From NCBI RefSeq assembly GCF_006345805.1, contig NC_043016.1, forward strand, positions 25,172,001-25,236,000: a stretch of 64,000 bases of DNA. Reading direction: 5' to 3'. Shown in pieces: positions 35,823-49,014 of the stretch. The translations under genes were made by a program, and so were the position numbers. Origin of the DNA: Octopus sinensis. Taxonomy: Eukaryota. Under the pieces are notes generated by a model. That model was not told where the DNA came from and did not search any database. It saw only the letters and a list, made by a program, of their open reading frames with translations. Positions within the stretch are counted from its first letter, which is position 1. The number at the start of each line of letters is the position of its first letter.

Positions 35823-38163
35823 GCGTGTGTGTGTGTGTGTAAAATAACTTTTGCTTTCTATTTCTATTGTCAAAATCTGTCTGATCACTCTTTTACACTT
35901 CATTGCCATTGCACTGTCACAATACTAACATGCTTTTCATGTGTAAAAATTTGCCACTGAATATAATTTACTAAACTATAAAAAATACATACCTGTCCCT
36001 CTCTCTTTCTCTCTCCTTATATCATTCTGTTTTTATATATAATTCTATAAGCATTAATGTATATCTATATGTACATTACATATGTATATTAGGGGTACCC
36101 TAAAAACAAATATTCCAGTTGATCCAGTCACTAGGACATCTGGCTTGTGAACTTTAATGTGCAAGTGGCTGAGTACTCCACAGACATGCATACATTTAAC
36201 ATTGTTTTCAAGGAGAGTCAGCCTGACACAGAATGCAACACGGCTTGCTCTTTGAAACACAGGTACTGCGCATTTTTTCCAGCTGAGTAGACTGGAGAAA
36301 ATGTGAAATAAAATGTCTTGCTCAAGGACCCTGTCAGTCTTAAAGTCTTCTGTGATGTCCTATAGGACTATAATGAAGAGGAGGGGAATGAGGGTTGAGT
36401 TTTTGTGGACTTTAACTTTTACGCTTAATTCATCACTGAAGTCATAGTTGACTCTTACTTCACTTACTGTCTTTCATGCTGTTGTCTTAAATTGTTGATC
36501 ACTCTTTGGTTTCTCACTATGTGTTCTCCACTTGCAATGGCCTCTCTCACAAGTATTTCTATGCCACTTTCTTGTCTTCCATATCAATGGTGTATATGTC
36601 TTCATCATTCAAATACACTTCTCACCAATTACATCTTGGTTCTCTCACATACTGACTTGCAGTCCAGTACATTTCACACCTCTGATCCTCATGTTGCAAG
36701 ATGCATGAAAATTTCTTCCTCTCTGCTTCATCCTAAGCCAAATATAATGCCCAGGAGGCTCCCTCAAGATTGTACATAGTTTTTTTTTTTAACCTAGGTA
36801 ACTAAATTAGCTGTGGTGGATGATGTTCTGAATGTATATTTGCTAGAATTGCAATTATACTTCCATTGAATAAAAAAGCTCATTCTATATGCATGCGCAC
36901 ACACACACACACACCACCACCACCACCATCATCAACATCCCATGCTGGCATGGGTTGGACAGTTTGACAGGATCAGATGGATACAAGGACTGCAACATAC
37001 TCTCTGTTCCATCAAGCATTTCCTCCTGTTCTCCTCTTCTAACATCTACCTCTACTCTGTCTATGATACTTCTCAGCTGCTGCAATAGCCTAAGAGCTGA
37101 AACGGCACATATTACATCTCCTCCCTTCTACTATACTCCATTCTTAACATTGCTTATATCTACCATCCTGTCCCATTTTATACAGCTCCCTTATATACCT
37201 CTATATCTCCCTCTCCACCACTCCTATACCATGCACATCATTCTGCTACTCTCTGACTTATCCGTTTCCTTGAGCCACTCCTATATCTCTCGCCTTACAT
37301 CTCTCCATTCTGGTACTTCACTCAACTGCACTTCCACCCTTATTCGTCACTCACAACATTCACCTCCACCTCCATTTCTCACCATCCACTCCTCCACACT
37401 TACATTCTATGAAAGCATCCACTCTTCCCTCCTCTCATGTGATCCACTGTCCACATCCTCTCTTATACTCACCTTCTTGTATCTTGAGAGCTTGCTCTGG
37501 CACTCAATCACTACCTTCCTTATTTCTTTTCTCAACTGCACCCACTCACCTCTAATATATGATAGGGTTTGACCATGTCTCCTTTTTATAACTAGACACC
37601 TGTGTTTGTGTTTTTATCTTACTTAAACCTTCCAACATCCAGCATAAAGCCATCTCTAATACTCTCCATTTAGTAGTGGGTGCTTTTCCCTTTTCCTCTC
37701 TGCTCTTCTGTCTTGCAATTACCTGGCAATCTCACTAGTGCCACTGGCACAAAAATATAAAAAAAAAAAAAAACACATACCTGTGTAAAATGATTAGCGT
37801 TAGGAAGAGCATCCAACTATAGAAAACACTGGATCCTGTCAAACTGTCTAACCCATGCCAGCATGGAAAGTGGCTGTTAAATGATGATGATACAAATGTA
37901 TATGTATGTATTTATTATATGTGTCTATATATTTATAAAGAGATAGATAGTCTGCACATAAAAGCACCCATTACACTCTTGGGTGGTTGGTATTAGGAAG
38001 GGCATCCAGCCATAGAAACCATGCCAAATCAAGCTAGGGTCTGGTGCAGCCCTTCAGTTTACCAGCCCTGGTCAAACTGTCCAACCTTTTCCAGCATGGA
38101 CAATGGATACTAAATTATGGTGATATATAGATAAGTAGATGTATGCATGTGTGTATGTACATA

Positions 38164-39147
38164 TAGGTGGAATTTCAGACCAGGATGATCATATAAGTTG
38201 GATTTTCTGTTTTGACAGGAATTTTTTTTTTCTCTTTTTTTAAAGCCTTTTCAGTAATAAAAACAAAAAGAAAATTGTAAAATATTTTCAGATGGAAAGG
38301 TATGATTTATGAGGGATTTGACTGTTGTTTCTAGCACATCCCATGACCACCTTCCTTGTTTCTTTGTCACTCTGACATGTATTGGTGTTTTTCAATATTT
38401 TTCTCCCCATAAACACATTTTAGGGAATAAGGATGCAGGGAATAAGAGTGATCCATTGCTGGGATTTAAAAAACAACAAAAAAATTTATAAGTTTATAAG
38501 TTCAGTTTTTTAACACACACACACTCCCTCCCACCACCAAACCAAGCAAGACCATGTTTGTGTTAAAAAAAAACGTATTTATTAACAGAAAAATATGCTA
38601 ATAAAATAAATTATCTTTTACATTTTAAAAATCACTGTGGGTAAATCCCAGCAATGAACTTCACAGGTTCTCTGATAGTTTTAAATTATAAACAGAAACA
38701 ATTGGGGTGGAGATTAAAAAAATCATTTATTTTCAATAAAAATTTGTAATAGCATAAATGTGTTCATGGGGAGAAAAATATTAAGACATCAATACATGTG
38801 ACAGTAAGAAAAAAATGAGGAAGGTGGCTGTGGGACATGCTAGAAACAACTGCCAGATCTCCCTTAAATCACACACCTTTTCATCTGCAAATAATTTTTT
38901 TCCCCCTACCAAAAAGACTTTTCATGTGGTTTTTAAGTACATAATGCAAAAAAAAATTGGCCCAAATGTGGGTTGTGATGGGGGGGGTTGAAAAAGAAAT
39001 CATAAATTTTTCGAAATTTTCTTTCATAGAATGTTTCTCCTCTTCCCCCATCCCCCAATCATTTTGAAGGCTGTGATAAAAATTGGAAAACACCTTGTCA
39101 AAACAGAATCCAACTTATGTGGGTGTCCTGATCTGAAATACTACCTA
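38164..39147. mobile_element. Long fold-back / inverted-repeat element flanked by TA
   Basis: Left arm 38164-38468 aligns with the reverse complement of 38642-39147 in multiple blocks; TA on both sides. Confidence 0.75.
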
Positions 39148-39889
39148 TATATATAATGTACACACAAACACAGATAATAGGTATAAATAAAGTATATAAA
39201 TGTGGTTTTCAGTTTCCATTTACAAAATCTTAGAACACTTCGGTTGACCTCAGAGCTATTGTGGAAAACACTTTCTCCAAGATGCCATATGCAGCCTTGC
39301 CTGTTTCCATCTAACAAATCCATTAACAAGCTTTGCATTGGCCCAGGGCTATTGTAAGAGACACTTGCTTGTGGTATCACACAATGTGCTCAACCCAAAT
39401 CCACATCGGTGGATGGGTGGTGAAATTCGTGGCTTCACAGCCTTGTCTTGGGTCCTATATGCAAAGTTGGTCCTAGAGTGCATGCACTTAAAAGACATTT
39501 TATTTCTGACTATGCACTGCCGATATTGGGATACATTTAATATACTTATGCATCTTTTATGCTGCTACATTAGCATCAAAATTTTGAAGCGTTCCATATT
39601 ATGAGACAGTATTTGGGAGAGAGCAAGATATCATTAATAAGAAATGTATTTGGAACAATGAAGGCATGTTCACCATAAGTATGAAAGACAAGAAAATGGC
39701 ATGGAAGCACATTCATGAGATGCTGTTGAATATAAAGAATACATTATCTAAAGAGTGGGTACTGCATGCTGACCTCAAAGTGATCGACAGTTCAAGGTGA
39801 CACCAGCAGAGTAGGTAAAGCAGACAAGGGCATAAAGAAAGAGAAAGCTGCAGGTCTATCAATGATAGTTGCAAAAATGCTCAAAATGT

Positions 39890-41560
39890 CTCTTGAGATA
39901 GGTTGCATGATTACAGCGTGGATAATTGATCAAGTTATGCAAAGAGGTGACTGGTGTAGTGGTGCCATCATAAACTGCTACAAAGGCAAAGGAAATGCCT
40001 TATAAACAGAAAACTTTAGAGGAGGTTATCAAAGGTTATGGAGAGTGTCGTAGCACAATTGGTCCATGACACAAAACATAGTTGAGATGCCATATCTCTT
40101 GAAAAGGTACCACTCTTCGTAATAAGACAACATGAAGGAAAAATACTTTGCTAAAAGTAAGTAACTATTCCTGGCATTCATTGGCTTGGAGAAGTCATTT
40201 GATAGAGAACCATGCCCATGAATTTGGTTGTTTCTAAAGAAATTAGGTGTAGACAAATGGCTAATGAAGGTTTTACAAGCTATACAAAAATACAATAGGT
40301 ATGAACTTAGTGTAAAGATAGGAGTCCATCAAAGCTCACTTCCCTCTTATTTATTATCTTATAGGCCAGCACGGAAGACTTTAACCCTTAAGCATTGAGA
40401 TTACTCTATTAAATGTAATGCTTATTTATTCACATCATTGTGAATTTATCATACATTATCTTGTAGCTTTGAGATTTCATTGATATGATAGTATATTTTC
40501 AGAATGACATTGTAGGGTAGATGTGAGATCCCTGGCATACTGCTGATTTAGTTTTCATAGCTAAATCTCTAGTGGAATTCAGAAATTCTGAGTATGGAAG
40601 CTAAACCTAGAATCAAGAAATTTTAAGGTTAATTTAGCAAAGACTAAGGTTTTAGTGTAAAGGCACGTGGCTTAGTGGTTAGGGCATTCGGCTCGCAATT
40701 GTAAGGTCGTGAGTTTAATTCCTGGTGACGCGTTGTGTCCTTGAGCAAGACACTTTATTTTCATGTTGCTCCAGTCCACTCAGCTGGCAAAAATGAGTTG
40801 TGCCTGTATTTTAAAGGGCTAGCCTTGTCACACTCTGTGGATTGCTCAGTCACTTGCACATTAATTTCACAAGCAAGCTGTTCCATTGATCGTATCAGCT
40901 GGGACCCTTGTCATCATAACCAACTCAGTGCTCCTTTAAGGTTTTAGTAAGTAAGAAAGAAAACAGGATCCTGATACTTTTAGAGAAATGGTTTTGTTTG
41001 TTATGCAGAAAAGGAGTAAGGCAGACTAACTGTGAAAGTATTCTTCATGTGTAATAAATGCATTTAAGCAATACATACTATGAGCACACCAGAAATAGAT
41101 TCTCTAAATGCCCAATTGGTTTACTAACGGTAGTAAGTAGCTTGTTACCTAAATGTAATTAGCAGGGGAGATGATTACTCTAAAATTATAGTGTGAACAA
41201 GTTAGAACTGGCTGGAGAAAGTTCAGGAGCTGTTACCTCTTGGTAATAAAGGGCCTTTCTCTCAGAATGATAGGCTGATTGTATGATGCCTGTGTATGAA
41301 CAGCAATGCTACCTGGTACTGAAGCATGGGCTACAAATGCAGAGGGCATGTGAAGGCTCACAGGTGGATGTGAAACATCATTGTACTTGTGCTACAAAGG
41401 GCAAATATATTGAAAGAAAAATTGAGCATAAGAAACATCAAATGTGTGCAAGAGAGAAAACTGCACTGGTATAGTCATGTGATGAGGACAACTGCATAAA
41501 GAAGTGCTAATCGCTAAATGTGGATGGAACCTATAGAAGGGGAGACCCAGGGAGAGCATC
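39890..41560 (+). mobile_element. Decayed RTE-type LINE interrupted by a piggyBac MITE (40381) and a SINE (40660)
   Basis: DWCSGAIINCYKGKGNAL, LAFIGLEKSFD, VKIGVHQ upstream; RTGWRKF and C-terminal motifs at 41170-41560. Confidence 0.7.
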
Positions 41561-41815
41561 CAGCCAGAGAAAACATATTAAATTATATGTGTGTAGTTAC
41601 AGGCATGGCTGTGTGGTTAAGAAGCTCTTTTTACAACCATGTGATTTGGGATTATATTCCTACTGAATGATGCTTGGACGTGTGTCTTCTATAATTCTAG
41701 GCCAGCATTTGCTTTGTGAGTGAATGTGGTATTTCAAAGGGGACAATTTGTTTGACTAAAACCTTTCAAGGCAGTGCTTCAGCATGAATGCAGACCAGTG
41801 ACTGAAAGAAGTAGT

Positions 41816-41851
<36 letters not shown>

Positions 41852-42917
41852 ACAATTTTAAGTATAAAAATGCTAAAGGTAATCTTGAATTACTTTGTGT
41901 GCATGTTTATGTGATTGTATAGATGCAGGCATGCCAAAATGATGTTAAAGTGATTGCTTCGTGTCAGAAGACCCTGGGTTCAATCCCACTGCCTGGCATT
42001 ATGAGTATCTTTTTACCATAGCATCAGATATGACGCAAGCCTTGTAAAGGGAAATGAGTTGGCCTGTTGCAATAAGCCAGCCTTGTCACATATTGTTTCA
42101 TACTAAATTGGCCCAAGAATTACATGTGCACATTTCCAGGCATCAATGACATTCAAAACATGAACATGCTGTCTTATTTTGCTTTGAAAACTTATTGAGG
42201 GAGGGAGGGGGTATAAACAAAGTTGAAGTGCTTCCAGCATTCTTTACCAAAATGTTTTGCCATGTGTTAGCTATATATATATCTAAATCCTTTGATCGCT
42301 TATAGTTCTACTATCTAAACTAAACTTACAATTTTCATGGTGAATTTAGCTTAGATAACTTTCCTTTGGAGTTTAAATTGACATGAAAACGTGTAACCTT
42401 TGCCTTATAGGCACTAGCGTAGCTGGGAGGTGAGGCGGTCCATCTCAGGAGGCACTTTCATCCTGTTGTAGGCTATTGCTGTAGGCAATATGTGATTCTT
42501 GTGGGATTCAGGGGCAGCACACACTCTGGCTATGCTGTTTACTGCTTATAGAATATGTAGTAAACTTTTGAAATGTATTCCTAGTAAAATTCCTACTTGT
42601 TCTTTGTAAAGTCACTCTTCATCCATAAAAAAAACCAATGTTATGACATTATACAGTTTGCCTCCATAGAATAAGATTCTTGTAGCAAGCAAGACTGCAC
42701 TATAGCTTTGGTCAACTTTATTCTTAATTGCAGTGTTGCTAATTCTTCCATTGTATGCTCATTCATTCTGTAGTTGTCACATATTTATATTAGCAAGCTT
42801 GGTGAACAAATGGCAGAATCAGTAGAGTGTATGTTCTTGTAATTCTGTTTTCAAATCTCAAACGAATTCAGTTTTCTTTCATCCTTCCAGGCCAGTAAAA
42901 TTAATTATAGACACAAT

Positions 42918-43410
42918 ATCATCATCATCGTATAACATCTGCTTTCCATGCTGGTATAGGTTGAACAGTTGAGGCTGCTCCAGGCTCCAATCTGATCAGG
43001 CAAGGTTTCTACAGCTGGATGCTCTTCCTAACACCAGCTTTCTACATGTCACCGGCACAGGTGCCAGTCAGGCAGCACTGGCATCAGTCACGACTACGAT
43101 TTCACTTGACTCAACTGGTTTTCTCATGCACAGCATATTGTCCAACAACTGGAGGGTACTTTTAAACAGGCTAGTTATGCGACACTGGCATTGGCCACAG
43201 CTACAATTCCACTTGGCTTGCCGGGTCTTCTCAAGCACAGCATATCTCCAAAGGTGTTGGTCGTTTGTCATTGCCTCTGTGAGGCGCAATGTTCGATGAT
43301 CATGCTTCACCACCTTATCCCATGTCTTTCTGGGTCTACCTCTTCCACAGGTTCCCTCCACTGTTAAGGTGTGACACTCTTTCACACAGCTATCATCATC
43401 CATACGCAAA
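42918..43410 (-). mobile_element. RTE-type LINE 3' end
   Basis: LRMDDDSCVKECHTLTVEGTCGRGRPRKTWDKVVKHD...WRYAVLEKTRQAK followed by the 3' UTR and gatgatgat tail. Confidence 0.88.
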
Positions 43411-45166
43411 TACAATATATAATCAAATACTCTTGAAGGCAATGCTCCCTGCACAATCCACTAACTGACTAATAGTAAAAGAAAAACACTAAACTTATTG
43501 CTGTGTGATTGCATTCCTATCTCCCCTTCACTCTGTAATGCAATGAATTTACATAATGTTACCTATTAGGTTGTGCAATTTGGAATAAACTACACTATTA
43601 CAAAAAAAAAAAAGAAGAAAACAATGAAACTTTACAAAGAAATATAATTACTGTTCTCAGTTCCAATGCCTCCACATATGGTCTTCCACTGCTCTGGGTT
43701 CTGTGGAATAAAAGAATTTAATCCTCTTTTCAAAAATTATTCTCTTAAAACAAAGGAAATTGTCTAGTGGTCTTTGGTCCAGTATACAACCAGGTTAAAT
43801 GTTTTGTACTATTGAGTTTCAAGCCTTTTACAATTTGAGTTAGAATCACACAAGGACCAAGTGTCTTTTACTATAGCTTCAGGCTGACCAAAGCCATGTG
43901 AGTGGATCTGATAGACAGAAACTGAAAGAAGCCCATCGTATATGTGTGTGTCTGTATTTGTTCCCACCACCACCACCATCACTTGACAACCGATGTTAGT
44001 GTGTTCACGTCCCCATAACTTAGCGGTTAGGCCAAAGAGACCAATAGAATAAGTACTAGGCTTACAAAGAATGTCCTGGGGTCGATTTGTTCAACCAAAG
44101 GTGGTGTTCCAGCATGGCTGAAACAAATAAAAGAATACCAATATAAAATATATTTACTGTGCATATTCGAAAATATGTTACAGTGACCTATTTATTATGT
44201 AAAGGTAAATTTTCACCTTAATTGGTTTCAAATTTTGGTAGGAGAAAATGCTGCTATGTGCTCACAATTCTGCCAGCTCGATTGATCTAAAGCTTGCAAT
44301 TTTTTTTTTTTTTCCTTCCAATAAATTCTTATTATTGTAGTTTCAGTAATATATTTATTTGTTATTTAATTCTAAACTTAACATGTATTATATGGTGGTA
44401 ATGTGATATAGTATTACTGCCGATAAGGGCTTGAGAACATACTAGTTCCACTCCAAGCATACCACCCACACCAGTTCTCATTACCCATTTGCAGTTTCAT
44501 TTTCTCCTACGATTGGTATATTTCCATTTTCTCCAAAACTGCTGCAAATCACTGGAAATATTCTCGCTCTTGTATTTGATGTAAAGAAATTGAAGCTAAA
44601 CATCAACCTCAGTAACCTCAATTATGTACAGAAGTGGTCATGGTTACAGCTAAATGTGTTTTTTTTTACTCCTTATTAATATTCTTTGATACTTAACCTT
44701 TTAATTTTCATGGATCTTATCAACAATCGTAGGGCATCCAGCCATAGAAACCATGCCTAACCAGAGTGGAGTCTGGTGCAGCTCTTCAGCTTACCAGCCC
44801 TGGTCACTGTCCAACCCATGCCAGCATGGACAACAGATGTTGGATGATGATGGTGATACAATAAATATAGGTTCAGATATGGCTATGTGATAAGAAGCTT
44901 GCTTCCAAACCACATAGTCCTGGGTTCAGCCCCATAGTGTGACACCTTGGGCAAGTGTAAGTGGTGTCTGACTGAAACAAATAAAAGATATATTCATGTT
45001 GGACACCTTGTAAACATATCCATCCTTATCTTTTCATTCAACAGTAGCTGTGTAATAGTTATTGTTAGTAATAATGACATAAGTGCTGCCAAATCTATGA
45101 CCTTCCTACTCTTTGATAAGTGGCACTTACCACAAGAATATTTTTAAAAAAATATAAGTTAAATGC

Positions 45167-45426
45167 CTGGCCCCCGTGCCGGTGAAACGTAAAAGCACCA
45201 TCCATTCATGGCTGTTTGCCAGCTCTGTCTGGCACCTGTGCGGGTGGCACGTAAAAAGCACCCACTACACTCACGGAGTGGTTGGCGTTAGGAAGGGCAT
45301 CCAGCCGTAGAAACACTGCCAGATCTGACTGGGCCTGATGAAGCCTTCCAGCTTCACAAACCCCAGTTGAACTGTCCAACCCATGCTAGCATGGAAAACG
45401 GATGCTAAATGATGATGATGATGATA
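45167..45426 (+). mobile_element. 5'-truncated RTE 3'-end insertion with 13-bp TSD
   Basis: ATAAGTTAAATGC at 45154-66 and 45427-39 flanks the element, which ends in (GAT)n. Confidence 0.9.
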
Positions 45427-46479
45427 ATAAGTTAAATGCAAAGAAACTGCACTTATTGATTAGATTGTTGGAAGGATGATTAACCAGCTTTGTCGTGGTG
45501 GTTGCTTGTTGGTGTCTTGTATTATTGAAGACTGTTGTCATGTGGTCTAACTGGCTGCATGTAACAACTCATGAACTTTCAAATTTTAACATATTTATTA
45601 TTGCTGGATGTGATTTACTGTGTTGGCCATCTACACAAGAATAATGCTGATAATATAACCACTGACTGGGAAGAGAAAACCGTGCTGTATTTTGTAGTAG
45701 GCTTGCTATAGTACATCATGTTAGAGTGTCCAAAGTTGGAATGCCTCAGGCTGTCTGTTCTTAATAGTCTGCTGTGACCATCTGCTCTTAGTGGTCTGCT
45801 GAGGCTGTCTGGCTGAGTTAAGCACCAAACAGTTTTTTGGTGGGTGAAAAGGAGATGAATTTTAAACATATCACACTACAGCCTCACATTTGATTGTCTA
45901 CAATTTATTTAATATGATCTGTTTCACAAGAGTATTCACAAGTATTAACATAAATGTTATTTATTTTGCAGCTAAGGTTCCAATCAACAACCAGTGCAGT
46001 TTAATTACTTATAATTTATTAAAGTATTTTTGTGGTGGGTGCCATTCATCAAGGTTGCAAGTTTCCTTCTGGGTTTGGAGTTGAGGAGAGGCTTGGCTGT
46101 CCCATTAGGTCAGTGAATAGGAGAAAATAGATGGTGTTGGAGATGTATAAAGGGAGGGGTTATAAGTAGAACAGGAGGGGTTAAAGGAGGATGTTTCATT
46201 AGAGTGTGAGGGGGAGGTGTATAGAGATAGGAAGACATGATTGTAGCAAGTGATAGTGAGAAAAAATAGTGACAGGGAGGAGGCATGGAAAATGTGTAGA
46301 CAGGCTTCTGAGGGAGGGTGAAGGGGCCTGCAGTGGGTGGTGATCCTGGGTAATAGAATGAGGGTGTTGGAAAGATGGATTGTAGGGGTATTTTGACAGG
46401 ACACATTGTGTGTGAGGCAGGGTCATGGTCATAAAGGACATGCCTGTATGTATAGATGGACATTCATTTTAGCTCAGCA

Positions 46480-46780
46480 AATCATCAGAGGCCTCAGTCA
46501 CTTGTCATCTCTGTGAGGCTTAACATCAGATCATTTCTCACCACTTTGTTCCTAGTCTTCCTCGACCTGCCCCTTCCACAAGTTCCCTCCATAATTAAAA
46601 GATCAGCACTTTATGCTGCTGTCCTTGTCCATATGCATCTCATGATCATACTAACAGTGTCTTGCACACTATATATGATGTCTCTTGTACCAATTTTTCT
46701 CATGCTCACGGACATTAACCACCCAGCAGAGTATGCTGGTTTTATTTCTTTCAAGCTTTTGCATATCCTCTGCAGATATA
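46480..46780 (-). mobile_element. RTE-type LINE C-terminal fragment
   Basis: Reverse-complement homolog of the GRGRPRKT region (cttcctcgacctgccccttccaca). Confidence 0.7.
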
Positions 46781-47158
46781 ATAATGATAATTTCTAACAT
46801 AAATACAATCAGTATTTTACTAGCATAAGGTCTCAAACAAATTCAACCACAGGGACATTTGGTCCCAGAGTGTAGAGAATGCAAAATACCACAAGGGATA
46901 TAAGTACAGGACACAATATAAACAAATACCCTTCAAGATGATGCCTTGGCATGGACATAGTCCACTGACTGAGTAGTTGTAGTAACCAAATAAAGTAAAC
47001 TTATTGTTCAGTTAAATGAAATAGCAAGACACTTATCAATTGTTTGCAATCTCACTTAATTCTCTAACTTAAGAAACTGGTGTCAGTAGTGGCAACATTA
47101 TCAGTTTATACATCCTTGTATTATATATTTATATATTGTTCATGTATTTTTTTTACAG

Positions 47159-47276
47159 AAAGAAAATTCTTCATCATTTGAAATTATATCTCACTGGCAT
47201 CCGAACCTAACTATTAATCTTCTTGATGATGATTTTCCTTGGGTTAAAGGGCAGGTTCCTCCACCCTTGGATGAAT
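47159..47276 (+). CDS. CLPTM1: CLPTM1 exon 6 (KENSSSFEIISHWHPNLTINLLDDDFPWVKGQVPPPLDE)
   Basis: ttttacag acceptor, GTAAGT donor, 118 nt, ISHWHPN and VPPPLD motifs. Confidence 0.96.
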
Positions 47277-47454
47277 GTAAGTCGTCTTTATTTTAATTAT
47301 TATGCCTATTTCAAACATTTCTTAATCAAATTTCTTCATCAGTAAAGGGTTTCTGTTTGAAACAATGTTGTAATGTTCACTTTATTTTTAACTGATTTCC
47401 TTATGGAATAATATATTGTTTTTTGTGATTTTTTTTCTTCTACACTATTATCAG

Positions 47455-47557
47455 ATGTTGTTTTTCAACTTGGATCCAACAAGTACTTCCCGGTGATCTT
47501 CTTCAATGACTATTGGAACCTCAACAGTGATTATGTGCCAATTAATTACTCTACAAA
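47455..47557 (+). CDS. CLPTM1: CLPTM1 exon 7 (YVVFQLGSNKYFPVIFFNDYWNLNSDYVPINYSTK)
   Basis: tatcag acceptor, GTAAAT donor, 103 nt, FNDYWNL motif. Confidence 0.96.
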
Positions 47558-48426
47558 GTAAATATGAATTTATTGATCTTCTGTCATTTCAATAAAATTA
47601 CATAGCACATCACTATATCATATTAGCTCCTCAAAAAGATCTCTGTTACCTAGAAATATTTTTTATGAATATAGCATCTTTTCATTGTTGGGACAGTCTT
47701 CCATGCTAGAATTAATTCATAATTTAGACACGAGACTAGTAATTTGGTGAAGTGAAATCACTTGAATTGACCCCAGTATCTGGATGGTACTATACTTTAT
47801 TGAAACAAACCTCTCTCTCTTTCTCTGCCCCATATACACACTTACCTGAGATGAAAAGCTAAGTTGACCTCAGCAGGATTTGAACTCATGTGGTAAAGAT
47901 CTAGAAGTATCGCAAGGCATTTTGTCTAATATTAACACCATTCTTGTAATTTAGGTGCTTCTTGGAAACCTACTTTATTTCACTGCAAACTGCTTTAGAC
48001 TTGTGCTAATTTTGCATTTAAAAAAAGGGCTCTGAACTTCATAAAGGATGTGGTGTTGAAGGTTGTCAGGCAAAATATCTTGCAATATTTTGTGTTGTCT
48101 GTTCCAAACTAACTAATGTCTATGAAACAAGCATCAGGTAAATAATGGGAATGATTCAATGATCTGTGCTTATTCCTCAGAATTTGTGACGACGTATCCA
48201 GTGTTACAAATATTTTTAAGTTTTAGGAAGAGCATCCAGCCATAGAAACCATTCCAAAGCAGACATTGGAACACAATGTTGCCCTCAGGCTTGTTGATTT
48301 GTATCCAAACTGTCCAGCTCCTGCCATGATGAGAAAATAGGGAAAGTAGCTTTCTCACTCATCCACCAAGCATGTGTAGACCTGTACTCAACATTTATGT
48401 AAGACTTTTTTTTTTCTTATAAACTA

Positions 48427-48826
48427 CTAGCAGTATCGCCCGGCGTTGCTCGGGTTTGTAAGGGTAATAACTGTATAAGCATTTTTAGAGAGTTATAGCC
48501 AAAAAATAGCAAAAAAAATGCATTAAAAATGGGGGGGAAATGATGGTAAATTTTTTTTTTAATCGTTGATTCATCGTAGACATTTTTAGAGAGTTACTTC
48601 CCTTATGTAATAGCGAAAAGAATGCATTAAAATGGAAAAAAATTATCGTAAATTTTTTTTTAAATCGTAGACTCATCGTAGACGCGCGCTAATACCCAGA
48701 AGAGCTCGATATGAATCACGACTATAAGATACCCGGTTTTGGTTAAACTGCACCGCAAAATGTGGGAGTAGTTAGAAATCTAAATCGTAGGAGACAGACA
48801 CACAACTTCACTTTTATATATAACGA
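48427..48826 (-). mobile_element. Non-autonomous Helitron, 400 bp
   Basis: Minus strand A|TC...hairpin CCCGAGCAACGCCGGG (48439-54)...CTAG|T: canonical Helitron termini and A-T target. Two ~100-bp internal sub-repeats (48480-48581, 48582-48682). CpG-rich. Confidence 0.85.
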
Positions 48827-48869
48827 TTTTGTATGCTAATATTTTATTTCTTCATTCTCATTATCTTAG

Positions 48870-49014
48870 GGTTGTGAACCTAACTCTCACTTATAAACCA
48901 ATTTCTCTGTTCCGTTGGCAATTGTATGCAGCACAAAATATGCGTAATAAGTGGTACAATGTATTGGGATCAAATTTTGTTGAGGAAGGAGAAGAAGAGC
49001 AGGATTCTGTCAAG
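48870..49014 (+). CDS. CLPTM1: CLPTM1 exon 8 (VVNLTLTYKPISLFRWQLYAAQ...EEEQDSVK)
   Basis: tatcttag acceptor, GTTTGT donor, 145 nt, RWQLYAAQ and EQDSVK motifs. Confidence 0.96.
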
